DNA of 64,000 nt, taken from Cenococcum geophilum (lineage: Eukaryota). The notes under the pieces are model-generated. The model ran no database searches and had not been told where the DNA came from. It saw nothing but the letters and a program-made list of their open reading frames with translations. The position numbers were made by a program, and so were the translations under genes. Position 1 is the stretch's first letter. The number at the start of each line of letters is the position of its first letter. This document shows, piece after piece, positions 28,155 through 41,000 of this stretch. The stretch spans positions 32,178,001-32,242,000 of the forward strand of contig CP158635.1 of NCBI GenBank assembly GCA_050273025.1, written 5' to 3'.

Positions 28155-31100
28155 TGTCACAGTGCTGCAATGAAGTAGACTAAATAACTACGTTATAGTA
28201 TGAAGAGGGGAAGAAGGTGGAAAGGGGGTATTGTATATAAATAGTAGGGCCGGCCGCCAAGTCGCTAGTAGTGGGCTAGCCAATAGTAGGGAATAGTACG
28301 AGACAGTATGAAACAGTATGCGTTAGGTTAGTGCCGTAACAGTACTCCTCTCCCCTAGATGGTTTGGTCCCTAAACTAAATAGATAACTTAAAAATAGGT
28401 AGTATACGGGGTTATCTATTTTCTACCGCAAAGATATTAGTTCCGCTTACCGCCCTTAACCAAGCCAATGGCGATTTTCCATGCTGGGCATAGAAAATCC
28501 TAATTGGTTAGTTTAGTAAGTAAGGTCGGCAGAACTCTACACCGCCACCTGAATTAGTCCGTGTGGCATTTCTTAGCAAGAATTTGGCTAATTAGACAAC
28601 TTTAACTGCTGGTTAAAGTTCTATAATATCTTAACCACCACAAATTTTAATGCGGTAGTCGGCCGCGACCTTAGCGTAACTTTTCCTTATTTTATGCCTA
28701 GTCTAGGGGTCCTGGCTTCTCAGGGTGTTGCTTATAGAAGCGCTATACAGCTTATTCGCAACCCTTTAGGTCTTCCTCTAGCTGCCAGGTTGTATCCTTA
28801 TAATATTTCCATTTAATCTTATAAGTTAGGCCCTAGGGGTCTTCGTTGTGTACATTAAGGATTTTCTTAAACTCCTATTTGTCTTCTATATTGCCGTTAT
28901 TATTTCTCTCTGCCACTCGTCCTTATACATTACGGCGCTCTATAGTATTAATATTTGCTTAGCCAGGGATCTCTTTAGTAGCCTAGAGGCGGACCTTAGA
29001 TATATAAAAGGATTTATTTACTCGGATATGGTCCAGGAGGTCTACTATAACTACCCCTTGGTATACTGCGAGTACGGGGTATAGGCCGTCCTATTTATTG
29101 TCCTATTTCTTCTTAGGTTTGTTTATCTTTATATTTTTTAAGCTAACTATAACTATGTTACCTTTATAGAATAACGCGCTTTTGTCCTTATGGGTATTAG
29201 CATTATTTTTATAGCGTTGCTGTGAAATCTAGGCTAGGGCCTTAAGCTGTGTTAATATCCGCTTAAAGCGGTTGGCCATAGAGTTTACGTGGAAGAACTC
29301 CTTCTTTATTTATACTGATAGTGTTAGTAGGCGGGGGCTAGCAGGCTTAATTCCAAGGCGAGGGTTAAAGCTATAGTTTATAAAAAACGGGGAGATGCCT
29401 ATACTCTTGTTAACTTGGTTATTCGTAGCAAACTTGGTAAGCGGTAGGTAGTTAACCTAGTCGTTCTATATAAAGCTAATAAAAGCATAAAGGTATTTAT
29501 TTACAGCGGCGTTAATAATTTTAGTTTAGCCGTCTGTTTCTAGGTGCTAGGCTAAGCTTAGTTATAAGGTTGTCTTAAGGTGTTCACTTAGTCGTCGCTA
29601 GAAGTTGCTAATAAATTATATGCTATAATCGGAGATAATTATGCTTAGTGCACCGTAGAGCTTATATACGTTATTAACAAAGCCATTAACTAACTCCTTT
29701 ATTAAGAGTCCTGTTACTAGAATAAGGTGTCGCATTTTAGTTAGGCGGTCCACAATAATAAGGATATATTTATATGCCTTACCATAGCGTTAGTATACTG
29801 GTAGCGTTATAATATAGTTAATTAAGATATTGGTTTACGGGCGGGTAGGTAATTCTAGTGGCTTTAGGAAACCGGGCGGGGTAAAACGGGGGGTCTTAGT
29901 GCGAAAGTATAGGGTATAGTCTTTAATAAAGGTAGCCGTAAACTAGGAGATTTCTAGCCACTAGTATATTTGGTTTAAGAGGTTAAGAGTCTTAACCCGG
30001 CTAGGGTAATTAGTGGGGCCGCTGCTATAAGAGCGATAGGTAACTTCTAAGTAGAGGTCTAGGGCGTTAGGGATAAAAAGACGTTGGCGGAAGTAGATCT
30101 ATCTATTAACGATACTATATTCTAACTTATTACAACGGAGTAATTTCCTAATTTTCTTTAGTTAACGGCGAGCTTTTTAATTACGCAGGGCTGCCATTAT
30201 ATCTCTTATGAGTTCGTTCTCCTAATATCCTAGCCAAATTAACTTATCTAGTGACTTTTCGGCTATTTTAGGGTCTAGAGCGGCTACAAACTCCGCGTCG
30301 TTAGAGTTATGGGACTTATGTAGTAATTCTTCTAAGATTATAGGGTTAACTTTCTAGGGCGGTATAACGACTTGGGCTCAGTAGCGGAGGCGTTTATTAT
30401 TAGCGTCCTTAGGCCTTATTCCTAGTAGCCGGCTTAGGGCGTTAGGGAGCGTAGCTTTACTGCTAGGTCTGTATATAATTACAAAGTTAAACTATAAAAG
30501 GAACTCTGCCTACTAGACTTGGCGCTAGTTTAGCTACTTAGTAGTTATAAACGTCTATAGGTTCTTATGGTCGGTAATAATTTTAAACGGCTCCTTAGTC
30601 CCTTATAGCTTAGGACGCTATTCCTCTAAAGCCTTAATAATAGCTAGGAGTTCTTTATCATAAATCTTATAGTTATATTCTGGCGCGGAGTGCTTTATAG
30701 AGAAGAATGCGACTAGTCTTAATTTTCCGTCATTATTATACTAGAAAAGGACTCCGCCGGAAGCCCAATTTAATGCGTCTATCTCTACTACTATTTTCTT
30801 CGTGTAGTTATAGTATGCTAGTACTAGTGCTAAAGTAAAGGCTCCCTTAAGGGCCTTAAACGATTTGGCTTATTCTAGTCCCTATAGCCATCTAATATCC
30901 TTCTTTAGAAGTTTTGTTATAGGTATAGCGATAGCAGAGTAGCCTTAGATAAATCGTTAGTAGAAGTTCGCGAAGCTGAGAAATTGTTATAGTTCTTTAA
31001 TTAATGTCGGGTTCTTTTATTCCTGTAAGGCCTATATCTTCTTAGGGTCTATAATTATACCATTAGTTAAGATAATTAAGCTAAGGTATTTTATTTTAGT

Positions 31101-34100
31101 AGAGTAGAACTTAGACTTATTAATATTAATCTAAAGTCCAGCATTACCGAGTCTTTAAATAACTTTATTTATATACTTAGTGTGCTTAGCGCGTGTTTTA
31201 GAAAAGACAAGGACGTTATTAAGGTAGGCAGTGTAGTAGTCGTTAAGGGCGTTGTATAGAATATAGTTAATATAGTTTTGGAACGTAGCGGGTGCGTTAT
31301 AGAGGCCAAATGGTATAACTAGTATCTTATAGAGTCTGAACCGGGTAATAAATGCTGTAAGCTACTTATGGCCCTCCGCAATCCGGATCCGGTTAAACGC
31401 AGCAATTATATTAAGTTTAGTAAAGTACTTGGCGCCATAAAGTACGTTAAGTATCTCGCGGATTAGTAGCAGTGGGTATTAATTCTTAATAGTGACTGTG
31501 TTTAGGCCTTAGTAGTTATGGTAGATTTGTATACTGCCGCTAGGCTTAGCAGCAAAGAGAAGTAGTACGGCAGCTGGTAAGGTTAATTCGCGGATAAAAC
31601 CCTTATCTAGCATCTTATTAATTTACTTCTTTATACACCTAAGTTTAGCAAGTAAAAGTGGTTTATTTTTATAGTACGGGGCCTAGTTTCTAGGGGTAAT
31701 CTTAATTTTATGGTCCTATAGTTGGTGAGGGGGCAGCTTATCTGCGTTTTTAGGGAGAAAGTGCTTAATATATTTACTAAACTCCTTTAGTAGGCGTTAT
31801 AGAATATCTTTACGGGTTAATCCTAGTTTGCCTTTTAGGAATTTTTTAACATCGGTGTCGACTATCTTCCGACGTAAAAGCTTAGGTTTAGTTTTTAGAT
31901 TTGTCTTAAGGAAGTTGTAGAAATAGGGGGGGAGCGCTTTACGGGCTTCCTTTATTATATAGTTGCCTTTTACTAGCCAGCGGAAAGACCTTTCTAATAG
32001 GTTTGGTACTTCTATTAGGCCTATAGGCAGCTCTTTAAGCAGCTATTAGTGCTTATCTTATTTAACTAGTTCTACTAGCTCCGCTATATAGATTCTTATT
32101 ACCTTTACGTCTTTTTGTTTATAGAACTGGGTAAAATTAATAGCATAGGTGCATTTAATATTGTCTAGGTTGGGGCGTGTCTGGCTCTCCGGTGCTATGG
32201 CTAGGCTGGTATGGCTTAGTTAGCCTAGGGGGGCGGAAACGAGGCAGCGGCCCTATACGGTACGCGTAGGAGACGGGTGTAAGGTTAGGCGTTACGGTGG
32301 CGCGGTTTCTATTATCCGGGTCTTAGTAGTTCCATAGCCAGTCCTTGCTATAACGCGAGCTATAGTGTGCGTATATGGCATATGGCTTAGTTCTAGGTGT
32401 TGGGCTAGGCGGCCGGGGTTTAAATAGTGCCTGGGTTAGGGTTAGTTTCTTAGTGGTGGCGGCGCGAAGCGGACCTTCTTCCTTAGTCTCGGCAGGGCTG
32501 GCTGGCCCGTCATTTTAGTCTTAAGTGCTAGGTTAGTCCAGTCTTCTACTATCTCGTTTCTTTGTAGCTATACAGGCTCCCCTTTATTAGGAACGTCTTC
32601 TACTATTAAGGCTTTATATATAGTCCTAGGCACTAGGCTTAGTAGTGCTAAGTGTCCACATAGGGCGTCCCTGCTAACGTCGGCTATCCCCTATAAGAGG
32701 TAGTGCCTAAAGTAGTAGTCTAAGTTAAAGCGGATCTTAAGTTTCCTAAAGCTAGGACAGGGCTCGTGCTTCTAAAGCCAGGGCATACCTAGGATAATTA
32801 GGGTAGTAGGTAAGAGTTTAGTAATAAAAAAGAGCATAGCTTTAGTATAGAGGCCAATTAATATTTAGGTGGTAAAGTAGTCCGTAATAAGCGAAGTTGG
32901 GATACCGTCTGCGAGGCGCAGTGGCCTAGGTGCTAGCAGCTTCTTAGTTATAACGTTATACTTTCTTACGATAAACTCTGCGTCGGCAAATGCTATTGCG
33001 GTACTACTAGAGTCTACTAAGCTTACTGTATTAATATAAACTTAGGGGTATAGGTTACGTAATAAGGAGAGTTGGGTTTAAATAAGGATTGATTTCTTAT
33101 TACTATTTGCTAATCTAAGATTAAGTGGTAGTTTACTAATAGAAAGGACTAATTGATCTAGTAATAGGGACCTAATCTTCTTGTCTTCCTCCTTATATAG
33201 TTTAGACCCTTAGGCGCGACTTAGTCTAAGGGTCTGCCTTTTAACGACTAGGGTACGGGGCTATCTTGGCAGGGCGGTCCAGTGTCCATTTGGCTGGCGG
33301 TGTCTATCTTTATTTTGGTTGGGGTATAGAAAGATAATACCTCGCTAACAACGTGGCCGTGTTTGTATTCGCTAGCGCGAAGTCGCTAATACTAGGCGTT
33401 GTTAACGGGTTGGGCTCCCATATAGGGTATAGTTTAGAGTAACTGAGCCGTAGGGTTAAAGGGGGGGGGTCGTCTGCCGCGTCTATAATGGACTCTACGG
33501 TCGCCGCGTCCGCGGTTATTTGTTTGCGTCGTTTGACGGGGTGGCATTAGGACTAGGTTTGCTGTCTTAGCGGGGTTATAGGCATCCTTCTAGTGGCCGG
33601 GCAGGCTATAGGCAAGGCATAGTCTATTATTAACGTGGCGCTTACGCTCCGTGTCTGAGATTCTATTAAGGTCTATAGGTTCTTTAGTTACTGCTAGGGT
33701 CGGGGTTAATATAGGGGCAGGGGCTTGGGCAGGTAGGCGGTGGTTAGCGTTCTTCTTAAGGTTAGCTTAGTATGCATAGTTCGCGAGGTTCTTAGCGAAC
33801 ACATCTATCTACTTGCTCTAACCTGTATAGTTACTATTATTAATTTCGTGGGCCAGTCTAAGTACTAGCTCTTCTATCTTTGGAGAGATGAATTTTTAGA
33901 GTAGGTTTACCTTCTATTCATCTGTCTTCTTGGCGCGGACTATTAGCTTATTAAGCTCTCCCTTCCAGGACCAGTAATTACGCTCGCCTTAGGGGAAATA
34001 GTTAAGCTTATTCTTTGCGACCTAGGTTATATTAAGGACCTCATAGTAGGTAGTAAGGTCTTTAAGCATATCTTTCTTAGTAGGCCATTTCTACGTAGAT

Positions 34101-35042
34101 ATATTGTTTGGGTTCTTGTGTATAAGCTCTAGGCCCTACTTAATAAACTTATAGGCCTTGTCCTTTAGTATATCCGAGATATAAAGGATCTGGGACTAAA
34201 CTATATTAAAGTAGTCCCAGTCCCGGTCGAAGACTCCCTTAATCTTAATATGCCAGGTCTTAAAATTAGCTTATTATTCTAGCGGGGTGCCTTTTCCGCT
34301 AAATATTGGCGGGTCTTTAGATCTCCGTTTTTTCTACTAGGTTACTACTATTATTGTAGGGATTAATTATTTTAGAACGGTAATAGTCTCTACCTAGGAG
34401 TTAATAGTTCCTGTCTAAGAAGCGATAAGGGCACTAAGGTTTTCGTTAGCTTTTTTATTAGTGGTATTTGTGTTATATATGCACTATAGTCCTACTTTAA
34501 TATTATTAAGGAACTTATTAGTATAGTTAATAAGGGTAAGGTAAGCTTTGCTAGGCTTAAAGGTCTTAGGGTACGGTAGGGAGCGGCGGATTGTCTACGC
34601 GATATTAGGGTATATCTCTATAAATAGGTCTGCGAAAACGTTATAGGGGTTCTGGGTTTCGGCCATTTCGGCGTTATTAGTGTCGCCCATCTAGGCGCTA
34701 GGTAAAAACTAAGGATTGTTCTAGGACTGTACTAGGGACGTATTAGTTTCAGCAGAGGCGCGCGCAGGTCGCAATTGCTCTGGGGCGGAGGTTAATTGGC
34801 TAGGGTATGGGGAATTAGTGATCGTAATAGGGCGCAAATTAAAGATACTATAAACTATCATAGTGCTACAATAAAGTAGACTAAATAACTACGTTGTGGT
34901 ATGAAGAGGGGAAGAAGGTGGAAAGGGGGTATTATATATAAATAGTAGGGCCGGCCGCCAAGTCGCTAGTGGTGGGCCAGCTAACAGTAGGGAATAGTAC
35001 GAGACAGTATGAAACAGTATGCGTCAGGTTAGTGCCGTAACA
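28155..35042 (-). mobile_element. Full-length Gypsy chromovirus E, nested in gag of D
   Basis: 187-bp LTRs 28155-28341 and 34856-35042; TSD GCTAC/GCCAC; PPT next to left LTR. Protease LVDS near 33010, RT TAYLNNV near 31220, integrase ~29350-30100, chromodomain ~28700-28900. Confidence 0.95.
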
Positions 35043-38000
35043 GCCACCAGCTATAACTATAACGATGTTTATAATATAGTAGCAGCTCTATAGAAGATTA
35101 AATAATAACTAAACTAGATTGCTACTACTAACCCTTACCTAAAGGCCTCTCTATAAAAGCCCCCTGGGCCTACTAAACCTATATATACTAAGCTACTAAC
35201 GCCTACTACCTTAAGTACTACCGGAACCAATATTGATTTCTCTATACTAACCTTCCTATAGAAACTCCTAGATGGAGAGCATAAGCTACTCCGGAAACTA
35301 GGACGCTACTATAGATGCTATTAAAAAGGCTGTTATTGCGATAACCTAAACTGCCTAATAGCTAGGTTTAATAGCCGCCGCCTAATACCTAACCTAATAC
35401 CCCAAATACTAAATACGTTGCTATATACTACTACCGTACAAGACAAAGACGTAGTAATAGCGGTAGAGTCGGATATAGAAACGGAAAATGCTAAGTCCTA
35501 GCCCTAAGTCGCGGGTTAGGACGCCTTAATAACGGAGGGATCTATATATTGGCTTGCTTAATAGATAACTCTATAAAGATAAATAGACGGAAATAGATAG
35601 TTTTACCTATAATAGGAACTACTGCTAAAAAATAATATAAAAGCCGTTTTATAATTAATTGCGGAGCTACTAATAAATTTATAGATACCTAATTTGTACG
35701 TACTTATAACCTACCTACCTTACCCCTTACTAAAGCCCGCGCCCTATAACTCGCTAACAGTAATTATACCGCATAGAAGATTACCTATATGGTATAACTC
35801 TACTTAGATATAAATAGGTACTAGGAAGAACTCTAGGCCTATATAACACTACTTATTAACTACCCTATTATCCTTAAAATAAATTGGCTTAAATAATATA
35901 ACCCCGCCATTAACTAGAAGAAGAGAGAAGTAACCTTTAACTCTAAATACTGTAGAGAGACTTGCCTAGGGTATAGCCTAGCCGCCTCTATTTACTCCCT
36001 AGGATATTAACCTAAGGAACCCCTTATTACCCTATTTACGACTAACTACTACTATATAAGTGCCCCGGCCTTCTACCGCATAGCACGTAAGAAAGGCTAG
36101 ACCGTTACTATAGCCTCCCAATTATAACTATATAAGCTTAATAAAGAACAGGACTACGTCCTCTATAGTAATAGGATAGATATAGTTAACCTTTTAGAAG
36201 ACGACGCCCTTACGGAACTCTACGGACTTTTACCTTTAGACTTTAAGAAGTTTATAAAGCTTAAAAAAGGACTTACTAATAAAGAACTCCGTAAGCTTCT
36301 CCTTAAGAGGTACTATAACTTTACCAATATATGCTTATAAAAGAGCGTAGATATACTCCCCCTATATTAACCTAATAACTATGCCATTAATATTAAATAA
36401 GGAAAAATGCTACCTTATAAGAGACCCTACCTAATATTAAAAGACGAGCTTCTAGTTATAAAAAAGTATATTAATAAGCACCTCGATAAAGGATTTATTC
36501 ATCCCAGTATATTACTAGCAGCCGCCCTTATCCTTCTCACTAAGAAGCTAGGAGGAGGTATTTAATTTTACATTAACTATAGAGGACTTAACGCTATTAC
36601 GATTAAAAACTAATACCTAGTACCGCTTATACGTAAGACCCTTAAGCGGCTTAGTTAAGCCAAAATCTATACTAAGCTTAATATTATCGCCGCCTTTAAC
36701 TATCTCCGAATACGGAAAGGTGATAAATAAAAAACCGTATTCGCATTACGCTTTAGCCAATTTAAATATACCGTTATACCCTTTTGCGTATATAACGGCC
36801 TAGGCACCTTCTAAAGCTATATTAATAACGCCTTACGGGACTACCTTAATGACTTCTGCTTTGCGTACCTAGACGATATACTTATTTATAGCGATAACCC
36901 CTTTAAATATACCGAACACGTTTAAAAGGTCCTATAGCGCCTTAGGGATATAGGACTTTATATTAATTTAAAGAAATGCGAATTCTTAGTCACAGAAGTA
37001 AAATACCTTGGACTAATTATTACCACTAAGGGTGTCCGTATGGACCCCAAGAAGGTATATATAATTACTAAATAGCAAGCCCCTAACTGCATTAAGGACG
37101 TATAAGCCTTCCTCAGTTTCGCCAACTTCTATCAGAAATTTATATACAACTTCTTAGGCGTAGTAGTACTACTTACAGCAATAATATAAACGAAGGGCCT
37201 TTCTGTAAAAGGAAGAAAAACGCACCCACGCTTTACCTAGACGCTTAAATGCGAGAAGGCGTTCTAAGACCTTAAAAATGCCTTTACTAAAGCACCTATC
37301 TTAGCTTACTTTATACTAGGATAACAACTTTACCTCAAAACCGACTCCTTAGACTACATTAACGCAGGCGTTTTTTCCTAGATGGGCGATAACGGTCTCC
37401 TTCACCTAGTTACATTCTACTTGTTTAAGCTTATACTATAAGAGTATAACTATAAGATCTATAATAAAGAACTCCTTACAATTATATAAGCGTTTAAAGA
37501 ATTCCGACCAGAACTCTCCTTAGTAGAGCCTAACTAGTTAACTAAAGTCCTTATGGACTATTATAACCTTAAGTACTTTATAACCACGAAGTAGCTAAAC
37601 TAACGCTAAGCACGTTAGAATGAGTTCCTTTTTAGTTTTAACTTTAAAATTGTATATAGACTAGAAGTATAAGGTACTAAACCTAATAGCCTAATATGCC
37701 GCTCGCAAGACCTTCCTTAGTCTAAAGATGACCCCTATAATTAGTTCCAATAATAGACGATCTTAAAAGCACGAAATTTAGCCCTAGGTATACTACCTAT
37801 GATAGAGCTAACTGTACCCTAGCTTTATACCATAAAACTAGAGTTACCTCCCGAAATTAACGAGCTTATTACTACGGCATATAACGCCTCTGTCGACCTA
37901 TTATTGTATTAACTTATTGCCGTAAAGACCGCTAGCGCCTATATGCTGCCTACTAATCTTTAAAGCTTAGGCCAGATTAATATAGCAGCCTTAGAAGTAA

Positions 38001-41000
38001 AAGAGAATAGGCTCTATTATAGAGGCCGCCTATTTATCCCTAACTTAGAAAATCTATAACGGCAACTAATCTAAATAGCCTATGACCTCCGATTAAGCGG
38101 CCACTTAGGTAAAGGAGGAACCTACGAGCTTCTTAGCCGATACTACTTCTAGCTAAAAATGATAGACTTAGTTAAACGCTTTATAGGTGCCTGCTATAGT
38201 TATAAGCGCGCTAAGGCCTTTAATATAAAGTATTAAGGACTACTGCACCCTCTACTAGTACCTATATAACAATGGGCAGATATTGCTATAGATTTTGTTA
38301 TTAACCTACTACCTTGTAAATGACACGGCCGTACCTATAAGAACATCCTTATAATAATATGCCGACTTATAAAAGAGCGCCACTACGTCCTAACTAAAGG
38401 CGTAGCCGTTAGCGACGTTACTAATGCCTTCCTTTGCGAAGTCTACCAACTATATAGGTTACCTAACTTAATTACGTCCAACTAAGGCATATAATTTAAC
38501 TCTAATGTATAGAGACGAATCTGCTAACGCCTTAGTATCTCCGTTAAGATGTCTATATCCTTCTACTATAAAACTGCTAGGTAACCGGAAAACGCTAATG
38601 CTAGTATAAAAGCGTACCTATAATAGGTAGTCGCCTATAGTTAAGATGACTGGGTAGATTACCTCCCACTAGGTAAATTCGCAGCGAATAACCACGTCTT
38701 AACCACTATAGGACTTACCCCGTTCTTCGCGAATAAGGGTTATCACCCCTAATCTAGCATAGAGCTACTAGAACCTATTAATAAGAAACTGCTATATAGA
38801 AAACGCCTTAAGATATTACTTACTAACTAGTATACAGACCGCATAAAAAATCTACTTAACTACTATAAGGGAGAAATAGCCTAGGCTTAAGCAAAGTAGG
38901 CTTACTTCGCTAACTGTTATAGAACGCCACCACCGGAGATGCGTGTTGGTAATTGGGTATGGCTAGATATACGTAATATCTCTACGCAGAGGCCTATAAA
39001 GTCACTCGATTATAAGAACCTCGGCCCCTATCCGATTAAATGAGTTATTAATAGGGGAGCCGTATATAAGCTAGAACTCCCACCTACCCTAGCCACCCGC
39101 GGGATATGGCCCGTATTTTACCTATAGCTACTACACCTCTATCAGCCCAACCCCTTACTAGGGCAGATATAGCCTGAACCCCTACTAGTACTAATCCGAG
39201 ATAAGAACGAAAATGAGAACTATAAGGAGTGGACCGTTAAACGAATTATCGACTCTAAATACTTTAGCAAAGGCAGAGGATAACGGCTCTACTATAGAGC
39301 TATATATATAGGATTTGATATAGATTAGCCAGAATGGCAATTATAGGAAGACTTTGAAAATATAAAAGATCTAATTAGCGACTTTTACTACGCGAACCTA
39401 TAAAAACCGGGCCTAAGCAGAGACTTTATACCTAATCCTCTATAGGAGCCCTTATAGAGTTAAACCGTTATATATTACCACGTAAGGGCAAATTGCTGTT
39501 AGATTGCCGTCAGATTGCGGTAAAGTGCGATCACATGACCGGAATATCGTTAAGATGTCCAGGAACTTCGACCGGCGGTTAAAGTTATCTAATTGGTCGG
39601 ATTCTTAGATACCAAGCCCTATTATATAACGTTGTTTTAAGCCTTTAGCAATACCCCCCTTTTCTTCTTTTCTATACCTTAAGTGTCTTTTTTATATGTA
39701 TATAGCAACCACAGCGTCACCGGAGCTCCGCCTCTATAAGAGGGGGGGTAGTGTTACGGAACCCTACCGCAGGGGCCTCTATAGGAGAGCCCCGTGCTTT
39801 CGCGTACGCCTCGCGTACAGCTTATGTTAGCTACGCGTAGGTATATTACCTCCTTACGCCCTTGACCCTTGCGATTGATCGCGTAACGTCTTATAGACTC
39901 CTTGAATACATACGCTTTATAGCCACTGCCCCCGTCCCGTGACAGAAGGTATATTAATATTAAGTGCTAAAGGTGCGTCTCTAATTAGGTGTAGGCCTAG
40001 GTAATATCTTATAAATAGACCGCCATTTTATTCTTTATTAAGGAGGGAGCTAATATAATAATAACTTATTAACTAGCTTATTAAATTATAGGAGATTACG
40101 TAAGAATTATCTCTTTACTATTATCGTTATAACCTTAGATAATAAGCCTTACCCTTAATCTTATTAACTATCCTTAACTTAAAGATATGAACTTTATTAA
40201 ACTTAGTAGGGTTATACTTCTTAAATTTAAAGACTCCTCTTGTGATAAGACCGTTAATCTCCTACTTATTGGATACTTAAAAAGGAACTCCTAGGGTTAT
40301 AATATAACCTTCCTTTTAGAGCTATTTTACGAGCTTAAAGTTAGCCTTCTCTTTAGCTATTATAAAGGCCATTAATAACTTAACTCTATTCTTAATGGCG
40401 GCAATAAATTGTTCTTTAAAATTAATAAAATATTAGCGATTTTGTAATCCCTTTAGGCGACCTCTACCGCGTTATGGTTATAGCGCATCTACTATAGTTA
40501 TATTAGGGTCGTAGTCGCCTTTTAAAGTACGTTAATTGTAGTTCTCCTTTAGGATATCTTCTAGGGCATCCTATAAGGGCTCAGAATTATTATCTTTATA
40601 GTAAGGCTTAATAACAGTTAAATGGAATTAAGTAGGTCTGTAAGGCATCTAAATAGTATAAGTTTGGCCATTAATTATAATAAGTTAGTATGGGCCTAAC
40701 TATCCTCCCTTTTTACGCTATACGCGTACTTTAGACTAGAGTGGTAGATTAAGCGTAGTTAAGGTATTTAGGCTATTTCTTATTTCTAGTGCGTTATTAA
40801 CCTAGCGTATAGTATAGAGACATTACACCTCCTTTATTGCCTTATAAATAGCCTTAGCTTATTATATAATAGAGGGAGATAGTAAAGAATTGTTAGTTAT
40901 TTAAGGGTAGGCGCTAAAGACTAGTAATATAGGTATAAGTCTATCCAGGCTAGCAGAATTGTTAATAGCTTTAACAGCTATTTATAAGGTAAGTTCTTTA

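Larger units (their letters stand above)
18734..39944 (+). mobile_element. Full-length Gypsy chromovirus D, nested in RT of F, host of C and E
   Basis: 193-bp LTRs 18734-18926 and 39752-39944; TSD GAAGG on both sides; PPT AAGAGGGGGGGTAG. Protease LINCGAT near 35655, intact AYLDDI near 36863, integrase ~38050-38750, chromodomain ~39230-39390. Confidence 0.96.
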
